A stretch of DNA of 64,000 nt from Spirochaetia bacterium (GCA_965203055.1 OZ241863.1:4064001-4128000); one strand, 5' to 3'. Numbered from the stretch's first letter, positions 9,645 through 21,031 are shown. The notes: a model not told the origin generated them from the letters alone. A program made the numbers and translations.

Positions 9645-10747
9645 TCGGAGTAACCGCCGGGCGGGGGACCGCGGTAGAAGCGCCGCGGGCTGCCTGCCGC
9701 GTCAAGCAGGTGGTCGCCGATCACCGCGAACCGGTCGCCGCCGGCAAAGCTCACGCCGGCGGCGTCGAACAGCCCGGCGCCCAACAGCAGGTGGTCGATG
9801 GTCTCCCAGCTATCCTGATAGAGATAGCTGCCCGCCGGCGCCCGGCCGGCGTCGCGCCAGGCGAACCACGGGCTGAACAGCACCGGAGAGGCGTCCGCGG
9901 CCGGGACGGCGTCGGTTACCGGCAGCGCGCCGGCGCCGCCGGCCTCCCCAACCGGCATCAATGCCGTCACGTAGCGCCGCTGCCGGCGCTCGAATTCATC
10001 CACCGACACGTTCAGGTCGCCGGCCACGATCACGTCGGCGGCCGGGTCGGCGGCGTAGATTTCGCGCAGGCGGGCGGCCAGCACCTCCGCCGCCTGCCGC
10101 CGGTAGCGCTCGGTCTCGGCGCTGCCGCCGCGCTTCGACTTCCAATGGTTGTTGAACAGGAACACCGACGGCGCGTCGGCCGCCTCGCCGAGGGCCACTT
10201 CCACCTCCAGGATGGGCCGCAGCGGCAGTTCGGGCGTGCCCTCGCCCCACAGCGCGCCCACTCGCCGCACCGGCAGCTTGGACAGCACCACCGGGCCGTT
10301 GGCGGCCTGCGGATCCGGCAGCCATACGATGTGCCGGTACCCCAGGTGGGCCAGCTCCAGCGACACCAGCCGGCGCGCCGCGCCGTAGTGCTCCACCTCC
10401 TGCAGCGCCACCAGATCGGCCCCGCCCGGCGCCGCGGCGCGCAATGCGCTCGCGATGGCGCGCAGCTTGGCGGTGTACAGCGCCTCGTTCCAGCCGCTGG
10501 CAGTGGTATAGTCGCGGTACTCGCCGCCGTCGTCGGTGGCATCGAACAGGTTCTGGACGTTGTAGCTGACCACGGTGACGACGCGCCCCGAGTTGCCGCA
10601 GGCGGCGAGCAGGAGCGCCATGCCCAGCACCGCGGCCGCACGGCGCGCGCCCGCCGCCGCCGGCGGTTGCCCCGGACGCCGGCGGCCCGCAGCGCCGAAC
10701 CCCGGCCCGCGGACCAGCGCGGGCGCCGGCTGCGCGTTACAGGTCAT
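9599..10747 (-). CDS. Endonuclease/exonuclease/phosphatase-family lipoprotein
   Basis: LLLAACG lipobox, SYNVQNLFD, LQEVE, NNHWKSK, GDLN, YSDHLP; start uncertain. Confidence 0.85.
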   Translation of the reverse strand: MTCNAQPAPALVRGPGFGAAGRRRPGQPPAAAGARRAAAVLGMALLLAACGNSGRVVTVVSYNVQNLFDATDDGGEYRDYTTASGWNEALYTAKLRAIASALRAAAPGGADLVALQEVEHYGAARRLVSLELAHLGYRHIVWLPDPQAANGPVVLSKLPVRRVGALWGEGTPELPLRPILEVEVALGEAADAPSVFLFNNHWKSKRGGSAETERYRRQAAEVLAARLREIYAADPAADVIVAGDLNVSVDEFERRQRRYVTALMPVGEAGGAGALPVTDAVPAADASPVLFSPWFAWRDAGRAPAGSYLYQDSWETIDHLLLGAGLFDAAGVSFAGGDRFAVIGDHLLDAAGSPRRFYRGPPPGGYSDHLPLRLELDLAATE

Positions 10748-11360
10748 CTTGCGAGTGGATGATGGTGCCCACCAGCCCGTACGCCAGGGCCTCTTCGGCG
10801 CCCATCCAGTAGTCGCGGTCGGTGTCCTGTTCCACCTCGCCAATCGGCTTGCCGGTCTCCTGCGAGATCAGATCGTTCATCTTGCGGCGCATCAGATCGA
10901 TCTCGCGCGCGTGAATCTCGATCTCGGTGCCGACGCCGCGGAAGCCGGCCATCGGCTGGTGAATGAGATAGCGGGAATTGGGCAGGGCAAAGCGGCGCTC
11001 CCGGGGCGCCGCCAGCAGCACGATGGCGCCCGCGCTCGCCACCAGGCCCATGCCGATCATGTTGATGGGCGGCCGCACGAAGCGCATCATGTCGAGGATC
11101 GCGAACCCGGCATCGGCATCCCCTCCGGGGCTGTCGATGAACACCTTGATCGGCTGGTCGCTCTCCTGCTCCAACAGCAGCACCTGGCGCACCACCCGCT
11201 CGGCCAGGTTCTTGTTGATCTCACCGGTCAGAAGGACCGTTCGTGTCTTGAGGAACTGGCGCAACAGGGGGGATTCGTCCCCTCGTTCCCGGGCGTCGTC
11301 CCGTTCCCGGCCCTCGTCCTGTTCCTCTTCCTGCTCGTCGGCGTCCCAGTCTGGTCGCAT
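10737..11360 (-). CDS. clpP: ATP-dependent Clp protease proteolytic subunit
   Basis: IDSPGG, GLVASAG, IHQP, DRDYW; GGAGG RBS. Confidence 0.93.
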   Translation of the reverse strand: MRPDWDADEQEEEQDEGRERDDARERGDESPLLRQFLKTRTVLLTGEINKNLAERVVRQVLLLEQESDQPIKVFIDSPGGDADAGFAILDMMRFVRPPINMIGMGLVASAGAIVLLAAPRERRFALPNSRYLIHQPMAGFRGVGTEIEIHAREIDLMRRKMNDLISQETGKPIGEVEQDTDRDYWMGAEEALAYGLVGTIIHSQDDL

Positions 11361-11468
11361 TTCGCCTCCAAATGTCGTGGCGCCACGGCTGCGAGCGCCG
11401 CTCACCGTCGCGCCGGAATATACTCGCCGTGTCCCGGCTCTGCCAATTGAGCCGCGCCGGCGGGGCCT

Positions 11469-12515
11469 TCAGTTGACGTTGATCCGGCCCTGCAACGCCG
11501 GGAAGGCATTACTCGTCAGGGCCGCCAGCTCCTCACCGGCGCCGTACACCACCACCCCCTCGACGCCGGGGTAGCTCGCCAACAGCTCCCCGCCGGCGCT
11601 TCCCATGATGAATAACGCGGTCGCGAGCGCGTCTGCTTCAATCGCGCTGCCGGCAACCACCGTCACCGACACGGCGTCGCTGTCGGGGCGGCCCGTGGCC
11701 GGGTTGAGGAGGTGATGGTAGCGCACGCCGGCGCGTTCGAAGTACCGCTCGTAGTCGCCGGAAGTGGCGAGCGCGACCCGCCCGCCGGCGGCGCCGATGA
11801 GGGCGATGGCGAGCGGCAGGTCGGGGTGCCGCGGGTGCCGCACCCAGATGCGCCACGGCGCGCCGCCGGGCTTGAGCCCCGCCGCCAGCACGTCGCCGCC
11901 CGCCTCCAGCAGAAACCGTTCATAGCCGCGCTCGGCCAGCCAGTCGGCCAGGTGATCCACCACCGCCCCCTTGCCGATGGCGCCGAGGTCCAGTTCCGCG
12001 TCCTGCAGCGTGGCGCGGCCCGCGGCGTCCACCTGCAGCCGGCGGTAATCGACGCGCTCCAGGGCGGCGGCGAGGGCGGCCGGGGCGGGCACCGCGCCGC
12101 CGTGATCGAAGTCCCACAATCGGGTGACCGGCAGCAGCGTCGGATCGAAGGCGCCGCCGGTGGCCTCGGCCAGGCGCAGCGCGGCGCGCAGGGTGTTCGC
12201 CGCCAGCGGATCGAGCTGCGCCGCGCCGGTGCGGTTGAGCCGGGCTACCGGACTCGCCGGGTCGCGGTGATCGTAGCGCGCGGCGAAGTCGCGCGCGGCG
12301 CGCTCCACGGCGCTCCAATCCGGGTTGCGGCGGTGGTACACGGTAGCGCGCACGATGGTGGACATGGCCGCGAATTCGTGCTGCCGAGCGCGCTCCCCGC
12401 AGCCGGTCACGGCGGTCGCCGCGGCGCCGGCCATCCCGGCGGCGAACCACGCCGCCAGCAGGCGGCGGAAGGCGGCCCGGCTCCGGCGCCGGCCGCCGCC
12501 TCGAGTGCCGGCCAC
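11469..12515 (-). CDS. apbE: FAD:protein FMN transferase (ApbE/Ftp), lipoprotein
   Basis: GAFDPT, DLGAIGKG, EAGGD, ATSGDYERYF, YHHLLNPATG, ADALATA; AVTGC lipobox; start approximate. Confidence 0.9.
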   Translation of the reverse strand: MAGTRGGGRRRSRAAFRRLLAAWFAAGMAGAAATAVTGCGERARQHEFAAMSTIVRATVYHRRNPDWSAVERAARDFAARYDHRDPASPVARLNRTGAAQLDPLAANTLRAALRLAEATGGAFDPTLLPVTRLWDFDHGGAVPAPAALAAALERVDYRRLQVDAAGRATLQDAELDLGAIGKGAVVDHLADWLAERGYERFLLEAGGDVLAAGLKPGGAPWRIWVRHPRHPDLPLAIALIGAAGGRVALATSGDYERYFERAGVRYHHLLNPATGRPDSDAVSVTVVAGSAIEADALATALFIMGSAGGELLASYPGVEGVVVYGAGEELAALTSNAFPALQGRINVN

Positions 12516-12520
12516 CCGGA

Positions 12521-13762
12521 TCAGGCCGTGGCGAGATGCTCGAGGCTGGCGAGGTCGAGCGCGAGGCGCTCGCGGATCTCGGCGAACGCGGTGAGGGTAA
12601 TCGCAACGTCCTCGTCGCTGTGCAGCGCCGTGGGGATCATGCGGAACAGGTTGATCCCGCGCGGCACCACGGGATAGGTGACGCCGGACAGAAACACGCC
12701 GTATTCCTCGCGCAGCATGACCATGATGGCGCGCGCGGTTTCCTGCCCCGACGGAATGTACACCGGCGTGATCGGTGACCGGGTGTCGCCGATGCTGTAC
12801 CCGAGATCCACCAGGCCGCGCTGCAGCGCGCGCGCGTTGCGCCACATCCGTTCGCGGTACTCCGGGTGAGCGAGAATCTCGTTCAGGGTAGCGTCCAGCA
12901 CGTCGACGTAGACCATCGGCAGGGCTTTGGCGAACACGTGGGTGCGGGCGTTGAAGCGGAGGTATTCGATCACCTCGGGCATGCCGGCGGTGACGCCGCC
13001 GATCGCCGCGAACGCCTTGGCGAACGTACCGAAGTAGAGGTCGATCTCCTCCTGCACCCCGAAGTGTTCGGCGGTGCCGCGCCCGGTGGCGCCCATGACC
13101 CCGAACCCGTGGGCGTCGTCGATGAAGATGCGCGCTTCGTACTCGCGCGCGAGGGCGGTGATTGCCGGCAGATTGGCCAGATCGCCGCGCATCCCGTAGA
13201 CCCCTTCGGCCACGATCAGAATGCCGCCGCGGCTGCGTTTGCGCGCCGCCCGGAGCTGCTGCTCGAGGCTGTCCATGTCGTTGTGGCGGAAGGGGCGGAA
13301 GCGGCGCCCGGCCATTGCCAGGATGGCGCCGTCGAGCATCGATGCGTGGGACAGCTTGTCGATGATCACCTCGTCCGCGGGACCGATCAGGGCGGAGATC
13401 GTCCCCATCACGCCGAGGTATCCGTAGTTGAACAGCACCGCGGCCGGCTTGCCGCAGTAGTCCGCCAGGCGCCGCTCCAACGCCTCGTGCCGGGAGGTGT
13501 TGCCGGTAAGGAGGCGGGAACCCATGGGCGCCGAGGTGGAGTTGCGCTGCACCGAAGCCAACGCCGCGGCCTTGATCCGCCGGTTGCCGGTCAGGCCGAG
13601 GTAGCTGTTGATTCCCCACATGATCACGCGCCGGCCACCCGACTCCATGTGCGGCCCCGGCAGGGAATCCAGAATCGGCTGCACCACGTACTTGTCGCCG
13701 GCGGCGCGGTAGCGGCCGAAGTAGCCGCCGTCGCCCTGACATTTCTCGAACAGGTCCGTCAT
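12521..13762 (-). CDS. Alpha-oxoamine synthase family PLP enzyme, resembling cysteate acyltransferase (SulA/CapB type)
   Basis: DDAHGFG, GTFAK PLP-lysine (K249), PMGSR, NYGY, EGVYGMRG, HVFAKALPM, RMIPTALH. Confidence 0.8.
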   Translation of the reverse strand: MTDLFEKCQGDGGYFGRYRAAGDKYVVQPILDSLPGPHMESGGRRVIMWGINSYLGLTGNRRIKAAALASVQRNSTSAPMGSRLLTGNTSRHEALERRLADYCGKPAAVLFNYGYLGVMGTISALIGPADEVIIDKLSHASMLDGAILAMAGRRFRPFRHNDMDSLEQQLRAARKRSRGGILIVAEGVYGMRGDLANLPAITALAREYEARIFIDDAHGFGVMGATGRGTAEHFGVQEEIDLYFGTFAKAFAAIGGVTAGMPEVIEYLRFNARTHVFAKALPMVYVDVLDATLNEILAHPEYRERMWRNARALQRGLVDLGYSIGDTRSPITPVYIPSGQETARAIMVMLREEYGVFLSGVTYPVVPRGINLFRMIPTALHSDEDVAITLTAFAEIRERLALDLASLEHLATA

Positions 13763-13963
13763 GCGATCTCCCCCCAGCCTGCAACCCGTCACGGGAGCCC
13801 GACCGGCCCCGCGGCTGCGGCGCGGCATTCGGTAACGGCGCGCAGTGTACGCCTGCCGCGGCGAAAGGTGTTCCGTGCGACCGCGAAAGATGGTACCGTG
13901 TCCCAAGCAAACCGGCTACGGGTTGCAGAATCGTCAGGCCGCTTCTTTCCGGTAGATGAATAT

Positions 13964-13980
13964 ATGAATCAGCTATTCAT
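13964..13980. promoter_or_regulatory. Palindromic putative TetR operator
   Basis: ATGAAT-CAGCT-ATTCAT: AT-rich inverted repeat on the TetR start, between divergent genes. Confidence 0.55.
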
Positions 13981-14647
13981 TCGTTCGAGCAGCGAGCAGT
14001 CCTCGGCGCGGGCGCGCCGCCGGGCAGCGCTGCTCGCCACCGGCGAGCGGCTGTTCGCGGAGCACGGCTACCGCGAAGTCAGCGTGGAACAGATCGCCCA
14101 CGCCACCGGGCTCGCTACCGGGAGCTTCTACAACTACTTCCCGAGCAAGGAGGCGTTCTACTCCCACATTCTCGAACTGATCGAGCGGCGCGCCGTCAGC
14201 GAGGCGCGGCGCGTCGTCAGCCGCTTCGAGTCGCCCATGAACCAGCTCAAGGCGCTGTATCGGTTCATTACCCTCGGCCTCCGGCGCAGCCCCATCCTGC
14301 GCGGCATGCTGACCGGCGACCGGCGCTTCGCATGCCCCGGCGTGGGACCGGTGCAGCGCAGCGAATGGGTGCTCGGGCACGTCGGCGACATGATCGACGA
14401 CATCCTCCGCGCCGGCGTCCGGCGGCGGGCGTTCCGCATCGCCCGCTTCCGCAACGCGCGCCGCATGCTGATCGCGCTCTACACCTCGTTGCTGGTGGAC
14501 TTCGACCGCGAAGCCAACAACGACCTGATCGAGGACACGTTGACCCTCGTGGAACGCGGCTTGCGCCGCCGGCTCACGCTGCGCAACCGCGCCGAACGGG
14601 TCGACCGGCGCCGGGCGCGGGACCGCAGGCAGCGGACCGATGAGTGA
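13964..14647 (+). CDS. TetR/AcrR-family regulator
   Basis: LFAEHGYREVSVEQIAHATGLATGSFYNYFPSKE helix-turn-helix. Confidence 0.92.
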   Translation: MNQLFIRSSSEQSSARARRRAALLATGERLFAEHGYREVSVEQIAHATGLATGSFYNYFPSKEAFYSHILELIERRAVSEARRVVSRFESPMNQLKALYRFITLGLRRSPILRGMLTGDRRFACPGVGPVQRSEWVLGHVGDMIDDILRAGVRRRAFRIARFRNARRMLIALYTSLLVDFDREANNDLIEDTLTLVERGLRRRLTLRNRAERVDRRRARDRRQRTDE

Positions 14648-15560
14648 CCGGCGCCCGGCGGCGCTGCTCCAGGTCGGCAGCATCGGCGTCATCGGGCGCC
14701 CGTCGACCGGCAAGTCGTCCCTCATCAACCGCATCTGCGGGCACAAGGTATCGATCGTCTCGCCGGTGCCGCAGACCACCCGCAGCCGCGTGCGCGGCAT
14801 CGTCACCCGGGAGCAGGGCCAGCTCATCTTCCTGGACACGCCGGGGCTGCACCTCAGCGACCGCAAGCTGAACCGCGTGCTGCGCGAGGTGGCGCTGTCG
14901 GTTGCCGGCGAGGTGGACGTGCTGCTGCTGGTGTTCGACGCCGGCCGCCGGTTCGGCCCCGAGGATCAGGCCGTGCTGGCTGCGGCGCGCGGCTTCTCGG
15001 GTCCGCGCGTGGCGGTACGCAACAAGGTGGATCTGGATGCCCCCGGCGCCGGGGGCGGCGGCGGCGACGCCGGCGCCTTGGCGCGAACCATCCGCCAGGC
15101 CGGTATCGACGCGCCGCTTCCGGTGTCGGCGCTGACCGGAGCGGGTGTCGAGGCGCTGGTGGCGCGCTTGCTGGCCCTGAGCCCGCGCGGCGAGCTGCAC
15201 TACCCGGCGGACACCTATACCGATCAGAGCCCCGACTTCCGGGTCGCCGAAGTGGTGCGCGAACAGGTCTTCGCGCGCACCTTCGCCGAGGTCCCGCACG
15301 CGCTGTTCGTCGAGGTGCTGGACCTGGAACCGCGCCCCGCCGGCCTGTGGGTGCGCGCCGCCATCTGCGTGGAGCGCCCCAGCCAGGTGGGCATCGTGGT
15401 AGGCCGCGGCGGCGCCGGCATCGCCGCGATTCGGCGCGGCGCCGAGACCGAGCTGGGCGCCATCTTCGGCCGCCGGGTGGCGGTCAACCTGCGGGTCAAG
15501 GTGCGCAAGAAGTGGCGCCGCGACGACGACCTGCTGCACGGCCTGCGCGGCCGCGGCTGA
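14640..15560 (+). CDS. era: GTPase Era
   Basis: GRPSTGKSSL, PQTTR, DTPG, NKVD, EVPH, KH-domain GIVVGRGG. Confidence 0.95.
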   Translation: MSDRRPAALLQVGSIGVIGRPSTGKSSLINRICGHKVSIVSPVPQTTRSRVRGIVTREQGQLIFLDTPGLHLSDRKLNRVLREVALSVAGEVDVLLLVFDAGRRFGPEDQAVLAAARGFSGPRVAVRNKVDLDAPGAGGGGGDAGALARTIRQAGIDAPLPVSALTGAGVEALVARLLALSPRGELHYPADTYTDQSPDFRVAEVVREQVFARTFAEVPHALFVEVLDLEPRPAGLWVRAAICVERPSQVGIVVGRGGAGIAAIRRGAETELGAIFGRRVAVNLRVKVRKKWRRDDDLLHGLRGRG

Positions 15561-15565
15561 CCGCC

Positions 15566-17032
15566 CTACCGGGTGGCCGGCCCGCCCGGCAGCGGTGGGC
15601 GCGCGCCGGTTGCCGTTGCCGGCAGCGGCGCAGCGCGCCCGAACGCGGCGCGCGCCGCCGCCTCGGTGCGCGGCCCGCGGCACCACAGCAGCAGCTTGCG
15701 CGGCAAGGCGGTACCGTAGAGCCGGCGAAACGCCCGCACCGTTGAGGGAGCGGTAAACAGCACCGCGTCGCAGGCGCTCAGGTCCACCTGCAGCGGGGCT
15801 TCCACCGCCGCAGTGCGGTAGGCGGTGACCGCGGTCACCGCGGCGCCGGCGGCGCGCAGGCCCTCCGGCAGCGCGGCGTCGGCAAGCTGCGAACGCGGCA
15901 GCAGGACGCGCTCGCCCGCCAGCGGCCCGCCCGCGCGTAGCGCGGCCAGCAGGCCGGCGCCGGTTTCCGGCCGCGCGACCACGTCGGCCGCCAGCCCGCG
16001 CGCGCGCAACGCGGCCGCGGTGGCCGCGCCCACCACCGCCAGCCGGGCGTGCGCCAGACGCCGCGCGTCGCCGCCGCTTGCCAGCAGCCCCTCCACCAGC
16101 GCCGTCACCGCATAGCGACTGGTCAGAGCGATGATCGAGTGGTCCGCGAGCCGCTCCAGAGCCGCGTCCAGCGGCGCCCGATCGGCCGGCTCCGCGATCC
16201 GTATCAGGGGCGTATGCACCAGTTCTCCGAGGCCGCGGTAGGGCTCCGCGTCGGTACCGGTGACCAACACCTTGCGCGCGCGGCTGAACCAGGAATCGGC
16301 CGCGCGCGCAGGAGGTGGCGCGTCCGCCGCGGCCGGCGGTTCGCCGGCGGGAGAAATGGGGGCGCCGCCCGGCCCGATCACTGCCACCAGCGGCGGCGCC
16401 AGCGGAGAGCCGCGCGCCGCGCCGCCCAGGCTCATGCTGATCGCGGCCTGCTCCGGCCGGCTGGCGTTGCGCACCAGGGTGACCGGCGCCGCCGGGCTCC
16501 ACCCGAGCCGCAGCAGCCGCTGCGCCACCGCGGCCAGCCGCGCCGCGGCCATGTAATACACCAGGGTGTCGGCGCCGGGCACGACCGGCTGCTCGCTATG
16601 GCCGGTGCAGAACGCCACCGACGACGCCCGCCGGCGCCGCGTCAGCGGCAGCTCGGCGTAGGCGGCGGCGGCCAGCGCCGCGGTAATCCCGGGAACCACT
16701 TCGTAGGGAATGCCGGCGGCGCGCAGGAACCGGATTTCCTCGACCGCGCGCGCGAACAGCAGCGGATCGCCGCCCTTGAGGTGCGCTACCCGGCGCCCGG
16801 CGGCCGCCTGTTCCGCCAGCAGCCGGTGGAGGCGCTGCCGGCGCTCGGCGGCCGGCGCCCGGCGGTCGCCGAGCCCGTACACCGGCCGGTCGGAGAAGGG
16901 AATCAGCAGGCGCCGATCCACCAGATCGTCGTGGATGATCACCTCGGCCGCGGCCAGGGCGCGCTGCCCGCGCACGGTAATCAGTTCGGGGTCGCCCGGA
17001 CCGGCCCCGATGAGACTCACGAATGCCGCCAT
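15566..17032 (-). CDS. cobA: Uroporphyrinogen-III C-methyltransferase / uroporphyrinogen-III synthase fusion (CobA-HemD)
   Basis: LIGAGPGDPELIT, LKGGDP, VPGIT; C-terminal HemD motifs LTSRYAV, AVVGAATA, AYRT, FTAPSTV. Confidence 0.9.
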   Translation of the reverse strand: MAAFVSLIGAGPGDPELITVRGQRALAAAEVIIHDDLVDRRLLIPFSDRPVYGLGDRRAPAAERRQRLHRLLAEQAAAGRRVAHLKGGDPLLFARAVEEIRFLRAAGIPYEVVPGITAALAAAAYAELPLTRRRRASSVAFCTGHSEQPVVPGADTLVYYMAAARLAAVAQRLLRLGWSPAAPVTLVRNASRPEQAAISMSLGGAARGSPLAPPLVAVIGPGGAPISPAGEPPAAADAPPPARAADSWFSRARKVLVTGTDAEPYRGLGELVHTPLIRIAEPADRAPLDAALERLADHSIIALTSRYAVTALVEGLLASGGDARRLAHARLAVVGAATAAALRARGLAADVVARPETGAGLLAALRAGGPLAGERVLLPRSQLADAALPEGLRAAGAAVTAVTAYRTAAVEAPLQVDLSACDAVLFTAPSTVRAFRRLYGTALPRKLLLWCRGPRTEAAARAAFGRAAPLPATATGARPPLPGGPATR

Positions 17033-17060
17033 CAGCCGCCCCGCGCCGGCGCCGCGGCCA

Positions 17061-18949
17061 TCACAGGTAGTACTCGAGCAGCACCTCACGCTCGCGCAGC
17101 AGGCGGCGCACCGCGGCCACCGCCTGCGCCGCCGGGGTGGCGGGGGGGAGCGCGAGGTCGGCGTTCACGCCGTGGCGGTCGGCGCCGACGCGAATCACCA
17201 GCAGGTCATGCGGCCGGCCCAGGATGCGCAGGGTCTCCGCTTCGTAGGAATCGAGATCGACCACCGTGGTGATCACGATCTGGCCGGCGTCGCACAGAAT
17301 GTGGGCCACCTCGCCGAGGCGCCTCACCTGCTCCCCGCGATCCTCGCCCGCTACCGCAGCCGCGCCCTCCGGCGCCGCGTTCATGTCCGCATCCAGGCCG
17401 CGCGCGAGATTGGACAATCCCAGGTAGTAGGCGCTGCGGCCGGCGTGGAACAGATCCCCCTCCAGGCCGCGCGCCACTTCCTGCAGCGGCCGCTGCTGCG
17501 GGCCGGTGAGCACCACCAGCCGGGGGCGCTGGCCGTAGCGCTCGATCCGTTCCTGCTGGGTAATGGAGCCGCGCACCCACGCGTAGTCGCGCTGCTTGAC
17601 GTGCTCGCTCAGGGCGTCCCTGAGGCCGGACAGATACTCGGTGATGATGCCGCCGCCGGCGATCTCGTACTCATCCACCAATACGAAACGGCCGGTGACT
17701 GCCAGATCGGCGCCCAGGCCCAGGTCGAAGGCGATCGGCTTGTGAGTCTCCAACACGCATTCGGCGACGTCGTGGCGGCCGACGTGCGCGGGCCGTTCGC
17801 GCTCGCTGCCGCGGCTCTCCAGGCTGGCGGCGTCCAGCACCCGCACGATCTCCTTGACGTGCGCCGTCACGCGCGTCGTGGCCAGCTTCAGACGGTAGCG
17901 CCTGCCGCGCACCAACGGGTTGCGGCCGAGCCAGAAGAGGTTGCCGCGGAACGTGGTTCCCACCCGCGGCGCGGGTTCGCCGACGCGGTACATCACCTCG
18001 CCGGGACGGACGTAGAGTTCCTCGCTGAGGGTGATGCCGGTGGCGCTGCCGGCGCTCGCCGCGCGCGGCGGCGCCATGTTGAACCCTTCGATGCTGCGCA
18101 CGCGGGAACGTTTGCGGGAGGGCAGAAACTCCACCGCGTCGCCCACGCGCACGCTGCCGCTGGCCACGGTGCCGGCGATGATCCGGGCGTCGTTGCCGCG
18201 CACCGGGAACTTGTATACGTCCTGCACCGGCAGCCGCAGCGCCTGCGCGGTCGAGGCGCCGGCGCTGGCGAAGGCGTCCATCTGTCGCACCAGCGGCGCG
18301 CCGGCGAACCACGGCGTGCGCGCCGACGGCGCCGCCAGATTGTCGCCGCGGCGCCCGCTCACCGGAATGAAGGCGCGCGGTTGCACCTCGATCTCATTCA
18401 GGAACGCCGCGTATTCCTCATGGATCGCCGCGAACACGGCCTGGTCGTAATCCACCAGGTCCATCTTGTTGACCGCCACCACGAGCTGGCGGATGCCGAG
18501 CATGGCCGCCAGGTAACCGTGCCGCCGGGAGTTCTCGCGCACTCCCTCGTGCGCGTCGATCACCAGGATCGCCGCTTCGGCGCGGGCGGCGCCGGAGATC
18601 ATGTTCTTGAGGAACTCGATGTGTCCCGGCGCGTCGATGATGATGTAGCGCCGCTTGGCGGAGCGGAAGAAGACGCGCGCGGCGTCGATGGTGATGCCCT
18701 GCGCCTGCTCGTCCCGGAGGGCGTCGATCAGGAACGCGTACTCGAACGGCTTGCCGCTACGTTCGCAGTTGCGGCGCACCTGATCGATCTTGCCGCGCGG
18801 CAGCACGCCGGTATCGTGCAGCAGGCGTCCCACCACCGTGCTCTTGCCGTGGTCGACGTGGCCGATCACCACCACGTTCATCACCGCCGGCTCCGGCTGC
18901 GCCGCGGCGGCTGCCGGCGTTGCCGCGGCGGCGGCGGTTGCCGCGGCCA

Positions 18950-18950
<1 letters not shown>
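17061..18950 (-). CDS. cysN: Sulfate adenylyltransferase subunit 1 with degenerate C-terminal APS-kinase-like domain
   Basis: [24 protein letters not shown]; the CysC-like tail lacks a P-loop ([11 protein letters not shown]). Confidence 0.92.
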
Positions 18951-19827
<877 letters not shown>

Positions 19828-19831
<4 letters not shown>

Positions 19832-20595
19832 CGTTCGTCCGCTCCGCCGGCGGAGCGCTCCCTGACGGGATGCAGCCCGCACTCCTTGGCCAAGCCCTGT
19901 TCCCACCACCAGCGGCCGGCGCGCGCCGGTTCGCCGGGCGCCACCGCGCGGGTGCACGGCGCGCAACCGATGCTGATGAAGCCGCGGTCGTGCAGCACGT
20001 TGTAGGGCACCTCATGGGCGCGCAGGTAGTCCCAAACCTGCGCCTCGCTCCACTCCGCCAGCGGGTTGGCCTTTACCGCCCGGTGGGCGGCGTCCCATTC
20101 GAGCGGGGGCGTGGCCGCGCGCTCCGGGCTCTGCGCGCGGCGCAGACCGGTGACCCAGGCCGCGGCGTCGGCGAGCGCCCGGCCCAGCGGCTCCACCTTG
20201 CGCACCGCGCAGCAGCGCTTGCGCCCCTCGACACTGGCGTAGAACAGATTGGGCCCCGCGCCGCTGACCATTTCCTGCAGCGCGCCCGCGGCCGGCGCCA
20301 GCACCTCGTAGCGCATGCCGTAGCGGCTCATGGTGCGCGCCATCACGTCGTAGGTCTCCTGATGCAGACGGCCGGTGTCGAGCACGAAGATGCGCGCCTG
20401 CGGGTCGATCCGCAGCAGCATGTGGGTGAGCGCCTGATCCTCGGCGCCCAGCGACGAGGCCAGCTTCAACGCCCGGCCGTAACGCTCCACCAGGGCGCGC
20501 AGCAACGCCTCGGGACCGCGCGCGGCGTGCGCCGCGAGCTCCTGCAGCGCGGCCGACGGCGCATTCCGGTCTGCGCGAACGTTCATCGCGGGCAC
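19828..20595 (-). CDS. cysH: APS reductase (4Fe-4S type CysH)
   Basis: [37 protein letters not shown] plus CxxC cluster ligands. Confidence 0.92.
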
Positions 20596-20596
20596 C

Positions 20597-21019
20597 TCAT
20601 ATCTGATAGGTGAGCTGAGGCCGGGAGCGGTGCTTGTCCCACACCAGATCGGCCAGCGAAACCTGCAGCGCGCGGCTGGCGCCCTCGGCGGCGCGCTGCA
20701 ACGGCGCCGCCAGCACCTCGTCGCTCCACGGTCCGGCGCTCAGCTCCACCGGACCGTCGAGGCAGGTGAGAACCTCCAGCACCGAGATCTGCGCCGGATC
20801 GCGGGCCAGCGCGTAGCCGCCGCGGCTGCCGCGGTAGCTGCGCACCAGCAGCGCGCGTTTGAGCTGCGCCAGCACCTGCTCCAGGAACTGCTGGGGAATG
20901 CCCTGACCGGCCGCCACCTCGCGGATCTGGCGCGGTCCGCGGCCGGCGTGGAGCGCCAAGTCATAAGCGGCCTGCAGGCCGTAGCGTGCTTTCGCGGAGA
21001 GCGCCCACACGTGCAACAA
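20597..21019 (-). CDS. Rrf2-family regulator (CymR-like, lacking the Fe-S cysteine triad)
   Basis: ARYGLQA, IPQQFLEQVLAQLKRALLVRSYRGSRGGYALA. Confidence 0.9.
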   Translation of the reverse strand: MLHVWALSAKARYGLQAAYDLALHAGRGPRQIREVAAGQGIPQQFLEQVLAQLKRALLVRSYRGSRGGYALARDPAQISVLEVLTCLDGPVELSAGPWSDEVLAAPLQRAAEGASRALQVSLADLVWDKHRSRPQLTYQI

Positions 21020-21031
21020 TGCCCCCTTTGT

